Positions 17,928-28,351 of a DNA stretch of 64,000 nucleotides are shown here, piece by piece. The translations under genes and the position numbers were made by a program. The notes under the pieces are model-generated. The model saw nothing but the letters and a program-made list of their open reading frames with translations, was not told the origin of the DNA and did not search any database. The DNA is from an uncultured virus (IMG/VR IMGVR_UViG_3300029305_001143) (taxonomy: Duplodnaviria > Heunggongvirae > Uroviricota > Caudoviricetes): IMG/VR virus record IMGVR_UViG_3300029305_001143; one strand, 5' to 3'. Position 1 is the stretch's first letter. The number at the start of each line of letters is the position of its first letter.

Positions 17928-18056
17928 ATTCTCTAGCTCTTTGATTCTCTTTTCTAGCTCTGCTACTTTCCTGAGCAGGTACTTGATATTCTTAGTATCT
18001 TCGTCTTCCTCGAATAATAGAGTACCTGTCTTCTTGTCTACTTTCTCTACTATCAT
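17910..18056 (-). CDS. Small coiled-coil protein, 48 aa (not in the ORF track)
   Basis: MIVEKVDKKTGTLIFEEDEDTKNIKYLLRKVAELEKRIKELENKKEDS; ATGA overlap with the upstream stop. Confidence 0.7.
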   Translation of the reverse strand: MIVEKVDKKTGTLLFEEDEDTKNIKYLLRKVAELEKRIKELENKKEDS

Positions 18057-21000
18057 GCGTTGTAAGTGATAGCTCTCAGTCTACGGAAAGCTGGAGTCTG
18101 GTAATGATTTGTACTACTCATGTCAATAATGACTTTACACTTAGCAGACTTCCTAGGCATCTCTGCTGTGTAAGTTACCTCACTCCAACCCTGACTCATA
18201 TACTCTGTCCTAGTCACTCCTGCAGGTACTAGAGTATCTCCATTGTCAGAGCTGACATATACTGCTAGCTTCTGTGAGTCAGACGGAGTGTACACATCTA
18301 GTATGATATCTACTCTATCATACCCCTCAATCTCCGCAGACCCTGAGCTACTGGAATATCCAGGGAACTCTATGGATAGATAAGTGCCTTCCGTATCATA
18401 AGAAGAAAGAGAAGCACAAATAGTGTCTACAGCTACCAGAGGAGAGATATTAGGATTAGCTCCTCTAGATAGGGCAGCTTTCACGGATATCTTATCATGC
18501 ATACTATCCCGTACGACTACATTGTATGGAGATATATTATTGTAGGTAGACCCTCCATCCAGACTATAGTACCAGTGGATAGCAGTACCTTCAGGTACTA
18601 TAGAGTCTGCCAGTAAGTATATCTTACTGAACTGCTCTACTGTGATATTAGATAACACTAGCTCACTATTAGTGCTATAATTATCTGCTATCAGTCGGAA
18701 CTTAACATCTGTAGTCTGATGAGCTGTCCAAGAAGAGTTGTTGGAAGAGGACATCATAACTCCTATCAGGTACGGATTAGATAGTACGGTATCTCCAGAT
18801 ACGATATCAGTACCTCCTAGATCAGCTACCCATATCCTGTAGCTAGGAGAAGTAGATCTAACTACGAATGCATATTCTTTGTTCTCTTCTAATAGGACAG
18901 GATCATCGAATACGAATCTAGTAGCTGTACGGCTATCACTACTAGTATGCACTTCGCTTGCAGAGAGTGTCTTGTGCCCATAGATAGTAGATGTGATAGT
19001 ACCATCTACCACTTCACGTATGTCACAAGTCACAGGAGTATTGTCCTGAGGTTTAGCTTCGAAGTAAAGATCGATACCGCTGATGAGAGTCATCCGATCT
19101 AGTACGAATGTCTGACCTACAGGATCTATAAATGTAGTAGTGTGGACTGTAGTTACTCTTTCTAGTAGAACATTGTTAATAGTAGTGATAGTACGCTGAA
19201 TAGTTCTCACAGTACCTGAAGCTTGATATAGTGCGAAAGCAGATCCTGATCCGTCATCATAGCCATCAATAGATGTCTCTAGTCTCACTTCTCGGATACC
19301 TGTTAGGAATCTATTCTCAGGGATAGGTAGTAGAGCAGTGACTTTACCATCTGCAGTAGCCTTAACAGTACCTGTACCTAGACTGCGCTCTGCTCCTTCT
19401 ATAATTTCATCTCCGCTGGTAGTAGCTCCTGTAGGATAGATAGGTACTATTACTCCATCAAAGTAGCATCTAATGTTATTGAGCTGAGGAGGGAAGTTAC
19501 TACCAGATATTTCTAAGGTTCTACTCCGGATATAGGTAGCAGCAGTATCGCTGATAATAGACTCTGATGTCTCTATATCTACGGTAGTACCTATCGCTGT
19601 ATCACTGTAAGTCTCACTTGAGGTGCTGTACGTATCGAAAATTGTACCTCTGTACGTAGTACTTTCTGTGTGTCTAGTAGAGGTAGCTACCACTCTAGGA
19701 TTTTCTCTAGACTCTGCTACTTCGATGTAATTAGGCTCTATCCAGGAGTCTACAGCAGGAGTCAGATACATTTCAGGGAGCTGTGGGAATGTACTATAAG
19801 GATTGATTAGGAAAGACTTAGTAGCATTCATCTGAGATAGTACTACAGTACCTACATTGTCTAACTTACCTAGTGTAGCTAGTCTAGTTTGCTTGTGAGT
19901 GGAGCTCTCTTCTGAGTAACTGAGATCATAGGTATTCACTCTAGAAGGCAGATAGCATAGATTACGCCAGAAGTCTATAGTAGCATCATACGCAGGAAGC
20001 TGAGGATCTACCTTGACGTCTCCATCCCTGTTATAGTGATAGTCTACCTTGGAGAAGTCTACCAGAGGATCAGTAAATATACCCTTTCTAGTACCTATGA
20101 CTGTTCGCTGCTTGGTATCTTCTAGTAGAGAGGAGAGTACTTGATTATATTCTAGAGATCTTACTCTTTTCAGTAGATTCTGAATATCATTCATTGTGAA
20201 TCTAGTGAGTCCTACATTGGATACAGAAATTCCTCGATGATCTCCACCAGGTAAGTGGTAGATATGAGATAGAGGTAAGGTATTGATAGGAGCCTCAGGG
20301 AATGTCTCTAATCCATACTGAGCAGGAATGCCCTTCACGATAGAGATATTTCCATAGTGGTCTATATAGATGACATCCTTACGTGCTAGGTAAAGATCGT
20401 AAGAGAGCTTCATAGAACCTCCTACCTTGGGAGTATCACCTCCAGGAACCCATCCTAGGATATGCATACCCTCAGAGCTCCTTAGTTCATAATCTTTACC
20501 TTCTACAAAATGGTGATAATAATCATACTCAATACTATAAGTCTCTCTAGGATAATCATTACCTCGCCAAGTAATAGTAGCTACATTCTCTGTGAGTACA
20601 GCTATATAGTCTACTCCAGCTATGTAACCGTTAGGATGAGTAGAGTCATAGATAGACTTGATCTCATTGAATTCACTATCAGAATCTAATTGTAGTGTTT
20701 GTGTACTCTGATCGGAGTTAGGTCTTTCCATATTAGTCTTAGTGGCAGTCCTCACTCCATATACACTATTTATCTGTCGTACATACTCTCCTGTGGATAG
20801 TATGTATTCATTGATAGCACTATAAGAAGGAGTAGGGGTGACAGTGATATAGTCGATAGATCTATCTAGGTCTAGTCTTCTAGAAGAAGGTATCTTCAGC
20901 TCATAACCTAGTACGTAAGCTTTACCTGACTCAACTATCACACGTACTTTATCACTACTCTCTGGATGCTCCTCAATACGAGTATTCAGACCCTCTACTA

Positions 21001-21604
21001 TATACGATCCAGACTCATCATAGGTACGTCTAGCTAGAGTCTGAGTCATAACATCGTAGTTAGGAGCATACTTCTCGACGGAGACAGCTCCATCTATGAG
21101 TGTCACTAGAGTAGCAGAGTCCGGATCATCCTTGACAATACGAACCTCGCTCTTCAAACGATGACAACCTGGCTGATTGAAGTTATCATACCCTTGAGCT
21201 GGATCTCTCAAGGTACTATCTCCACTCTCATCCACAATCCGCTCTATCAGTTTGAAGCCGATAGTCTCCGTACCTACACCTAAGATAGGGACCTCTATAT
21301 CTACAGGATTGCCGTTGGAGTCTAGACCATGTACAGGCAGTACCATACCATTCAAGTAGACTTTACCTATAGTAATAGTAGCTTTCTGCTTAGATTCGTC
21401 TATGATGACCTGACAACCTTCGATGATATTTCCGTCTTTCATGATACTATCTCCGATAGACTTGATAATATCTTTTAGTACAGACTGCATCTGTGTTATC
21501 TCTCTAGCCTGAGCTACTCTACCAGGTACAGCGAGTAGCTGAGTATATTGTTTCTTACTGTCATAGTCATCAAAGTAAGGGAACTCTCTCATTTCTTTGA
21601 TCAT
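18053..21604 (-). CDS. Large virion/baseplate protein (DUF4815-like)
   Basis: PYFDDYD...PGRVAQAREITQMQS, LARRTYDESGSY, GKAYVLGYE, DPVGQTF. Confidence 0.8.
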   Translation of the reverse strand: MIKEMREFPYFDDYDSKKQYTQLLAVPGRVAQAREITQMQSVLKDIIKSIGDSIMKDGNIIEGCQVIIDESKQKATITIGKVYLNGMVLPVHGLDSNGNPVDIEVPILGVGTETIGFKLIERIVDESGDSTLRDPAQGYDNFNQPGCHRLKSEVRIVKDDPDSATLVTLIDGAVSVEKYAPNYDVMTQTLARRTYDESGSYIVEGLNTRIEEHPESSDKVRVIVESGKAYVLGYELKIPSSRRLDLDRSIDYITVTPTPSYSAINEYILSTGEYVRQINSVYGVRTATKTNMERPNSDQSTQTLQLDSDSEFNEIKSIYDSTHPNGYIAGVDYIAVLTENVATITWRGNDYPRETYSIEYDYYHHFVEGKDYELRSSEGMHILGWVPGGDTPKVGGSMKLSYDLYLARKDVIYIDHYGNISIVKGIPAQYGLETFPEAPINTLPLSHIYHLPGGDHRGISVSNVGLTRFTMNDIQNLLKRVRSLEYNQVLSSLLEDTKQRTVIGTRKGIFTDPLVDFSKVDYHYNRDGDVKVDPQLPAYDATIDFWRNLCYLPSRVNTYDLSYSEESSTHKQTRLATLGKLDNVGTVVLSQMNATKSFLINPYSTFPQLPEMYLTPAVDSWIEPNYIEVAESRENPRVVATSTRHTESTTYRGTIFDTYSTSSETYSDTAIGTTVDIETSESIISDTAATYIRSRTLEISGSNFPPQLNNIRCYFDGVIVPIYPTGATTSGDEIIEGAERSLGTGTVKATADGKVTALLPIPENRFLTGIREVRLETSIDGYDDGSGSAFALYQASGTVRTIQRTITTINNVLLERVTTVHTTTFIDPVGQTFVLDRMTLISGIDLYFEAKPQDNTPVTCDIREVVDGTITSTIYGHKTLSASEVHTSSDSRTATRFVFDDPVLLEENKEYAFVVRSTSPSYRIWVADLGGTDIVSGDTVLSNPYLIGVMMSSSNNSSWTAHQTTDVKFRLIADNYSTNSELVLSNITVEQFSKIYLLADSIVPEGTAIHWYYSLDGGSTYNNISPYNVVVRDSMHDKISVKAALSRGANPNISPLVAVDTICASLSSYDTEGTYLSIEFPGYSSSSGSAEIEGYDRVDIILDVYTPSDSQKLAVYVSSDNGDTLVPAGVTRTEYMSQGWSEVTYTAEMPRKSAKCKVIIDMSSTNHYQTPAFRRLRAITYNA

Positions 21605-21642
21605 ATATTGTCTATTCCTCCTTTACGAGATAATAGTATAAG

Positions 21643-22374
21643 TTAGAATTCTATAATGAGAGATAACATCTCACGCTGATTGATATCTCTATGAGCAACA
21701 ATTCTGTTGTCTAGTATCTCTAATATACCTAGAGAGTCGTATACGGTACCGCTATACTTAGCAGCCAACTCAGGATCTAGTAGGATATCTACACTACTAG
21801 GAGTGACTCCAGAACATAAACCTATCTGTCTGTAAGGTTCTAGAGGGAACTTATCATAGTCCAGATGACACTCTACATAGACATACTTAGCTCCTTCTAC
21901 GATAGCTCCTCCTAATACAGGACTACCAGGGACGATATCCTCAGGAGCTGCAGTGTCCAAAGTGACATACAGACCTGAGATACTCTGGACAGTGCCTTCA
22001 TAAGTATTATTTATACGTAGTCTACTACCTACCTTGATTAAAGACAATGACTCGACAGGGACTACAGTAGCTCCTTTAGATACACCAACAGACTTAGGGT
22101 CTACCTTAGTCTCTACGTAGGCTTCTACTCTTTTCCAATTCTGATTTCTATAGGAAATAACATTCTCTGTCTCTGTGGTAGGTATCACCATGTAAGTAGT
22201 CTCTACTCGCTTCAGACCTATTACACCATTTAGCTTATAATCTTCTACTTTAGGATTATCTGGAGCACTCTCATCAGTCCAAGCAGTAGTACCTCCGATG
22301 ATGAAATACTTACCTGGAGCATTATAGAAATCTAGTGCTCTAGATATATGTCCTCCATTTACAGCAATAGCCAT
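21643..22374 (-). CDS. Putative baseplate structural protein
   Basis: Position before the DUF4815-like gene; TAWTDESAP, YRQIGL, C-terminal LIIEF. Confidence 0.55.
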   Translation of the reverse strand: MAIAVNGGHISRALDFYNAPGKYFIIGGTTAWTDESAPDNPKVEDYKLNGVIGLKRVETTYMVIPTTETENVISYRNQNWKRVEAYVETKVDPKSVGVSKGATVVPVESLSLIKVGSRLRINNTYEGTVQSISGLYVTLDTAAPEDIVPGSPVLGGAIVEGAKYVYVECHLDYDKFPLEPYRQIGLCSGVTPSSVDILLDPELAAKYSGTVYDSLGILEILDNRIVAHRDINQREMLSLIIEF

Positions 22375-22376
22375 TA

Positions 22377-22721
22377 TTACACCTCACTTAGATTATCGAA
22401 TTCTAAGATCTCTCTCATGGTAGGTAGCACTTCATCTACCCAAGCAGCGAACTTATCGAAAGGAATCCACTTCTTGACATAAGGGAACTTAGTACAGAAT
22501 TCGTCATATACTTGAGACAGTTTTAGCTTACCTGTCTTACTACCTAACTCGATCTCTGCATTAGTCACATAGATCAGTAAACGCTCTTTGATCTCTTTAA
22601 CCTTCTTCTCTGTGGGATACCCTATAAACTCTACGATCTTGATAATACCTAGGATCAGAGCACAGATAAAGGTTATGATAATGTACCAATTCTGGGCGAA
22701 GAACTCAAGATACTCCAGCAT
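22377..22721 (-). CDS. Holin-like membrane protein
   Basis: N-terminal TM helix and AEIELGSKTGKLKL; lies in the lysis cassette. Confidence 0.55.
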   Translation of the reverse strand: MLEYLEFFAQNWYIIITFICALILGIIKIVEFIGYPTEKKVKEIKERLLIYVTNAEIELGSKTGKLKLSQVYDEFCTKFPYVKKWIPFDKFAAWVDEVLPTMREILEFDNLSEV

Positions 22722-22804
22722 ATTATACTCCTCCTTAAGATGATTTAATTCGCTCTGGAATTCGATAAAGAAGTCACTACTATTACCTACTATACTAGAC
22801 TAGT

Positions 22805-23380
22805 TCAGTGCTGTTCTGAGAGATAGACGATATCTTCCTCGACTAGTCTCCAGGTATACATTTCTTTAGCTACCTTCGAGTGCACGAAAGAGTTAACTCC
22901 TCCTGCAGCTTCATACTCTGCAATTAGATCCTCCAGAGCTTCTTGCTCCATATGAGTCCACTGCCCTCTACTATGGTAAAGTCTATAAGATTGACCTATC
23001 TTATCTTTCAGCTCTGCTCGTGCTCTTTTATCTTCTCTTTCTCTGCTTTCTCGAAATCGCTCCTCTGTAGTCTTGGTTAACTCATCTAATCTATCATTGA
23101 TAGCCTTGATAGCATCAGTGAGCTCCTTCTGGATTTGGAACGATTGCTCTCTATCATTTATACGATTCTGCTCGTACTTACCGATACGAGTATGGTCTTC
23201 TTCTATCATCTTCTTATAAGTTTCATTCTTAGTCTCTCTCTTATAATTCTTGATGATATAATCTTTCAGCTTAGTGAGCCATGGAGTTACTACCTTCACT
23301 GCGATACTCACTAGTACGATAAGAGCCACTAGTGTAGCGAGATCTACTGTGGATAGCTTCTGTAACAACGAATCTGACAT
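22805..23380 (-). CDS. Membrane-anchored coiled-coil lysis-cassette protein
   Basis: N-terminal TM, coiled coil, YEAAGGVNS motif; next to the endolysin. Confidence 0.5.
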   Translation of the reverse strand: MSDSLLQKLSTVDLATLVALIVLVSIAVKVVTPWLTKLKDYIIKNYKRETKNETYKKMIEEDHTRIGKYEQNRINDREQSFQIQKELTDAIKAINDRLDELTKTTEERFRESREREDKRARAELKDKIGQSYRLYHSRGQWTHMEQEALEDLIAEYEAAGGVNSFVHSKVAKEMYTWRLVEEDIVYLSEQH

Positions 23381-23406
23381 AACGCCTACCTACTCCTTAA
23401 TAGATA

Positions 23407-24426
23407 TTATAATTTCTTAGCGTACTTCAAGCTGATCCAGCCATCCACTCGCTTACCTTTATATAGTTGTTTAGATTTTAATCTACCCCAGTCACCTGAG
23501 GTCTCTACTATAGTATAGACTCCTGCAGGGATATAGTTTATCCTATCATAGGTAGTACCAGGACCTGTTCTAATATTCAGATTCGTCACAGATACATGTA
23601 CCTTGAAAGTAGAGAACTTGGCACTAGCTAATGTCAGATCTTTAGCATGGATAGGACTATTGATCGAACGCTTACCATCTTCACTCTTATCTATGACTAC
23701 TCTATCACCACTGATAGCACTAACATACCAGTTTAATTCCTTGACCCAGACAGGAATGAATTTACCTGAATAGTACTTAGCTAGAGGATTGATCTTAACT
23801 AGAGAGCCTACCTTGATACTATGACCTAATATAGTATTAGGTTTGATGACAGCAGTCTTGCCTCCCATAGCAGCCTTGACATCCTGTCTGAATTGGTCCA
23901 TAGTAAGTCCAAAGGCACTCCATAGATGCTCTACGTCAGCATGATTAGTACCAATACCTCTCTTCGCACACTCTCTATGACTTAGTACCACACCATCTAC
24001 CAGAGGGTCTAATCCGTGGAATATGCACAGTTGAGAGAAGATAGATACAGCATTCTTGTATGTAGCTAGTACATGAGCCTTAGTCTTCTCAGGATTCAGA
24101 TCTACCCAATTAGCTCCTCCTGTATACTTGATAGTAGCAGGCTCAGTCATTTCAGCTCCGATAGAGTCTTTATTCGCATTACCTACATGCCAAGTGAATA
24201 CAGCCTTACCTTTAGTCTGGATGCAAGGCAATACCTCGTAAGCCTTCTCAGCTCCTATCACTATATGAGCAGGATACTGCTTCGCACTATTATTCCAATT
24301 ACGTACGAATACTTCAGGAGAAGGCTGACTACAACCTACACTATGCAGGACTAATCTCTTTACATCGATAATCTTATTGTTCTTATAGTGCATGTTCTCA
24401 GTGATATAACTTTTTATGAGCTCCAT
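23407..24426 (-). CDS. Endolysin, N-acetylmuramoyl-L-alanine amidase with SH3-like binding domains
   Basis: LVLHSVG, WHVG, IGAEM, SHRE, NHAD; C-terminal LNIRTGPGT...WGRLKS...GWISL. Confidence 0.9.
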   Translation of the reverse strand: MELIKSYITENMHYKNNKIIDVKRLVLHSVGCSQPSPEVFVRNWNNSAKQYPAHIVIGAEKAYEVLPCIQTKGKAVFTWHVGNANKDSIGAEMTEPATIKYTGGANWVDLNPEKTKAHVLATYKNAVSIFSQLCIFHGLDPLVDGVVLSHRECAKRGIGTNHADVEHLWSAFGLTMDQFRQDVKAAMGGKTAVIKPNTILGHSIKVGSLVKINPLAKYYSGKFIPVWVKELNWYVSAISGDRVVIDKSEDGKRSINSPIHAKDLTLASAKFSTFKVHVSVTNLNIRTGPGTTYDRINYIPAGVYTIVETSGDWGRLKSKQLYKGKRVDGWISLKYAKKL

Positions 24427-24458
24427 AGCACATCCTCCTTCTACGTCAATAATTATAA

Positions 24459-24806
24459 TTAACCTAAAGATGCTGGAGGATCTTTAGGATTCTTGTCAGA
24501 GTTTAGTTTATTGGATATGCATTCCTTGATATCAGAGATTATAGTGATGACACATGTGACTACTAACTCAGTACCGAAGAACTGATACACTCTCTCTGTT
24601 AGTACAGGAGAGAGTTCTATATTCAACCGATAGCTCAAATATATCTCAGCGATAGTGTACAAGACTATAAAACTGATACAGAATACTACTACTCTCTTCA
24701 AGAATTTATGATGGGAATCTCTCTTAGGTCTAGCTACCTTGACCTTCTCTCGCTTCTGTTTCTTATCTACTTTAAGGAGTCTAGCTCCTCCTTTATTCCT
24801 AGCCAT
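24459..24806 (-). CDS. Two-TM membrane protein (holin candidate)
   Basis: Basic N-terminus and two hydrophobic helices; upstream of the endolysin. Confidence 0.5.
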   Translation of the reverse strand: MARNKGGARLLKVDKKQKREKVKVARPKRDSHHKFLKRVVVFCISFIVLYTIAEIYLSYRLNIELSPVLTERVYQFFGTELVVTCVITIISDIKECISNKLNSDKNPKDPPASLG

Positions 24807-24834
24807 CAGTACACCACCTTCATAAATAGAGAGT

Positions 24835-24871
24835 TACCCTCACTAGGCATGATTAGTACCTAGTGAGGGTA
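24835..24871. terminator. Hairpin (terminator or RNA-stability element)
   Basis: TACCCTCACTAGG / CCTAGTGAGGGTA, 13-bp perfect stem. Confidence 0.55.
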
Positions 24872-24880
24872 TTACTAGGA

Positions 24881-25057
24881 TTACTCCTCTACAGGATAAT
24901 CCTCACCAATGAATTCTTTATACTGCTCAGCAGTGATGACTCCATCAATAACATCCTGCTTAGCTAACTCACGAATCTCTTCCTTCAGTTCCTCCTTAGG
25001 AACATCAGCGAAGAATCGAGTACCAGCCTTAATACGTCTCCAATAAATCTTAGCCAT
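24881..25057 (-). CDS. XkdX/CD1375-like small protein, 58 aa (not in the ORF track)
   Basis: MAKIYWRRIKAGTRFFADVP...GVITAEQYKEFIGEDYPVEE; ITAEQY..I.G.DY is XkdX-like. Confidence 0.75.
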   Translation of the reverse strand: MAKIYWRRIKAGTRFFADVPKEELKEEIRELAKQDVIDGVITAEQYKEFIGEDYPVEE

Positions 25058-25499
25058 TGATAAGTCCCTCCATTAATTCGTAGATATCGATGATAGCTTC
25101 ATCTTGTTCAGCATTGATGCTCTCATTAGCTAGACTAGCTTCATAGAGATCAATAGCGATCTCGTCAGACTCAGCTAATCTCTCGTTGATGATCTTGTTC
25201 TCCTCTTCTAAGTTTCTACGAGCTAGCTCTAGTTTCTGAATACGGTATTGAGGAGTAGTAGTCATATCTGCAATGAAGTGGTTAGCATGATTGGATAATG
25301 TTAAAGTGCCACTCTTCATATCGATATACTTATAATCACTAACTACATCTCTACTCAATAAGAAGTCACTATCACTGAATAACTGTAGCACACCAGAGAT
25401 TTCTTCAGGTGCAGGTGTAACTCCTAAGAATTTTACAGTACCTTTTCTGTACTTGCGATCAGAACAGGTATACTTTTTATCATTTATTAATAGATACAT
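25050..25499 (-). CDS. Tail-fibre-associated protein with C-terminal coiled coil
   Basis: Repeated DEIAIDLYE / DEAIIDIYE; precedes the XkdX-like gene. Confidence 0.5.
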   Translation of the reverse strand: MYLLINDKKYTCSDRKYRKGTVKFLGVTPAPEEISGVLQLFSDSDFLLSRDVVSDYKYIDMKSGTLTLSNHANHFIADMTTTPQYRIQKLELARRNLEEENKIINERLAESDEIAIDLYEASLANESINAEQDEAIIDIYELMEGLING

Positions 25500-25510
25500 A
25501 CTTTACCTCC

Positions 25511-26914
25511 TTAAACTGGCTCACATACGTTTATGAAATCTCCAGCAGTACCTTCTTCTAATGCTACACCACTAATAGTTCCATCAAAAGATTTAACAAG
25601 AGGATTTGGATTACTTACTATACCTCGTAAACTACTACTAGAACCATAACTAGACTGACTAGTATAGTAAAATAGAGTTACACAACTATCTTCTAGGAAT
25701 TCGAAACCTACTATAGAAAAATTTCCACCAGCACCAGTGATATTACTCCATGAAATACTAACAGTATCGCACATCGGATCAGCAGCAGTAGCAGTAATTA
25801 AATTCTCTTCGAATGATACTTTAAAAGTAATCTCGTAAGGTGTATAGGTATGAGTACCGGAACTGCCGTTAGAAGAACCTCCGCTCTGCAGTGCTATTGC
25901 AACAACAGTATTGGCATTCAATTTATAGCAAAAATTAGACGCACTTAAAGAAGTAGTACTCATAATGTTAGCTAAGTTTGTAGCAGATGTAAAGAGGATA
26001 CTAGGTGTTACATCATTACACTCAACAATACTCGCAGAGGTCAATCCAGAGATAGCTACCAGCTGTGTATCATTTAATTTAATAAATCGATAATTACTGC
26101 TGACAGGAGAAGAATCAACTACATCACCTACTGTTATGCTATTATTGTAGCATTTTAATATTCTCATTTTATAATTAGATGATGATTTTGGTAAAATCAG
26201 TACCCTGCCATCACCCAAATCTTGATAGACAACGCCACGTGCTATATCTTCGCTTATACTTACAGCATAAGCAGATACAACAGTAGTAAATCCACTAGAA
26301 GTAGCTTTAATAATAGCTAATTTGTACGCTGCTTGAGGATAGAAGATACCTGAAGAATAGGAACCTCCAGATTGATAGAACAACATGATATTGTCATTAT
26401 CACACGCTATAGGAACTAACCACGAACTAGTACTAGTACTTAAACTTGTTGAAGTGCCTATAGTAACTGTCATACCACTGATAGTAATTATGGAAGCATA
26501 ACGTTGAGAAATATAACCATAAGTCGGATTTGAAACATAGGAAAAAGCCATTATATAGCCGCTAGTCGTCTTGACTAAATGATCAATAACACGAGAATCA
26601 GTCACATAGACAGCATTACCTTTAGTGATAGTATTATCTTTTACCCTTATGACTACTAGATAGCTTGACGTTCCTAGGTCACTGCCGTAGCTAACAAGAA
26701 CATCTGTATCGTTGATAGCTATTGTGCTATTTATAGAGCCTGTAAAATCACTCTGAACAGTGAGTAAGTCAGATTTGCCAGCTGATACAAACTCCACAAA
26801 GTCGCCAGCACTGACACTCTCTCCTGAAGCAACCTTATAAGAGTTAATTATACCATTAATGAAAGAGGATCCAGCACCTCCTCCACTACCTCCTCTTCTC
26901 ATATAAACACTCAT
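25511..26914 (-). CDS. Putative receptor-binding/tail fibre protein (beta-rich)
   Basis: Gly linker, VASGESVSAGDFV N-terminus and GVALEEGTAGDFINV C-terminus, Ser/Thr-rich beta repeats, atypical composition. Confidence 0.55.
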   Translation of the reverse strand: MSVYMRRGGSGGGAGSSFINGIINSYKVASGESVSAGDFVEFVSAGKSDLLTVQSDFTGSINSTIAINDTDVLVSYGSDLGTSSYLVVIRVKDNTITKGNAVYVTDSRVIDHLVKTTSGYIMAFSYVSNPTYGYISQRYASIITISGMTVTIGTSTSLSTSTSSWLVPIACDNDNIMLFYQSGGSYSSGIFYPQAAYKLAIIKATSSGFTTVVSAYAVSISEDIARGVVYQDLGDGRVLILPKSSSNYKMRILKCYNNSITVGDVVDSSPVSSNYRFIKLNDTQLVAISGLTSASIVECNDVTPSILFTSATNLANIMSTTSLSASNFCYKLNANTVVAIALQSGGSSNGSSGTHTYTPYEITFKVSFEENLITATAADPMCDTVSISWSNITGAGGNFSIVGFEFLEDSCVTLFYYTSQSSYGSSSSLRGIVSNPNPLVKSFDGTISGVALEEGTAGDFINVCEPV

Positions 26915-26947
26915 TTTATCAACCTCCTGTGAGATATTGATTCCTAC

Positions 26948-27331
26948 TCACTGCATGATAGCGATATTGACAGGGACATTCACAGTAATCTCTTCCATAG
27001 AGTAGAATCTTAGAGTATCAGCCATAGTCTGCTGCACTCTTTGACTACTAATAGATCCCCAAGCTTCTAGTAGTACCTTGTCAGCATCAATATCACCATT
27101 AGCTCCACTCAGTGCTACGTCTGCAAGGATAATCTGAGTATCATCATTCTTACGTACTCCTACTACTACGACATCCTGATAGAATCTACCATATGTAGTA
27201 TTCTCATCCCAATTATCCGCATATAAAGTGACAGTAACAGTATTTGGTAGATTAGCTAATGACTCATAGTCAATCTGATGCTCTACTCCATCTGAGGTCT
27301 TTATTCTTCTAATTAAAGTGGGATCAGCCAT
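26948..27331 (-). CDS. Tail-fibre region hypothetical protein
   Basis: ORF with RBS; HQIDYESLANLP and VTLYADNW. Confidence 0.5.
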   Translation of the reverse strand: MADPTLIRRIKTSDGVEHQIDYESLANLPNTVTVTLYADNWDENTTYGRFYQDVVVVGVRKNDDTQIILADVALSGANGDIDADKVLLEAWGSISSQRVQQTMADTLRFYSMEEITVNVPVNIAIMQ

Positions 27332-27363
27332 TTAATATCACTCCTTATCATATCTTGATATCA

Positions 27364-27723
27364 TCAAGTCATATACAATACTCCATTAGAGTCTATGGAG
27401 ATCTCTTTCTCTGCAGTAGTCTGCACATGAGCTAGCTTACGATCACAGTTCAGTAAGATAGATACAATAGAGTCTGCTGCCCATGCTTCATGATCTACTG
27501 ACTCACAACAAGTATCTACGATACCATACTTTACTCCATCTATAGTGATTCCTTTAGTAACAGAACTATAATTACAAGGAGCAGTGAATTTCACTAGAGA
27601 TCCTGTAGTAGCAGGTACTGGTAACTCTAGTACTAGCTCTCCTCCACTCAGAGCTACGGAGGAAGCTGTGATGATCTCATCACGTATATCTCTCATTTCT
27701 CTCAGTATCTTAGGCATCGACAT
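27364..27723 (-). CDS. Hypothetical protein (tail region)
   Basis: ORF with GGAGG RBS, collinear with the operon. Confidence 0.5.
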   Translation of the reverse strand: MSMPKILREMRDIRDEIITASSVALSGGELVLELPVPATTGSLVKFTAPCNYSSVTKGITIDGVKYGIVDTCCESVDHEAWAADSIVSILLNCDRKLAHVQTTAEKEISIDSNGVLYMT

Positions 27724-27742
27724 AGTACTTTATCTCCTCCTA

Positions 27743-28351
27743 TCAATCTAATTTGTACATGTAGCTGATTCTACCAGCAGTATTGACATTAGCAGTATCA
27801 GATAGACTCGCTACTACTTGTAAACTACGCTCAAATCTGATCACCTTAGGGAGATATAGACAAATATTATTATAGTCATTGTCAGGTAGAGATACATTAG
27901 TTGTACTACCCACCTGCAGATACCCTCCTGGAGCTACTACTGCTAATCCTGTAGTAGAAACTCCATATGTCATTACTCTGCAGGCAGGAGTTATAATTCC
28001 GTAGGATACAGCAGCAGTCTCCATGTAAGTGCTACTGTATATTTCAATATCATCTACTACAACTTTGAAATTATTAGTGATGCCTGCAGTAGCTGAGGAT
28101 ACTAGCACTGCTGTAGTATATAATATACCATATATCTCTCCTGAACCTGAGATATTAAGGTATGTAGTAGGTACAGCAGTATTCACAAGCACTCTACCTA
28201 CTTTGTACTTCTGTAGGATATCCGTAGCAGTCATAGAGTCACTATACGCAGGACTAGAGGACATCATATTCTCTAATCTAGACACAGCATCGTAGGTATT
28301 GTCTAGAGTCTCTTTATCTGCTATATATAATCTATCACCTGTTGCCATCAT
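27743..28351 (-). CDS. Hypothetical protein (tail region)
   Basis: ORF coupled to the upstream gene; YIADKETLD N-terminus. Confidence 0.5.
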   Translation of the reverse strand: MMATGDRLYIADKETLDNTYDAVSRLENMMSSSPAYSDSMTATDILQKYKVGRVLVNTAVPTTYLNISGSGEIYGILYTTAVLVSSATAGITNNFKVVVDDIEIYSSTYMETAAVSYGIITPACRVMTYGVSTTGLAVVAPGGYLQVGSTTNVSLPDNDYNNICLYLPKVIRFERSLQVVASLSDTANVNTAGRISYMYKLD

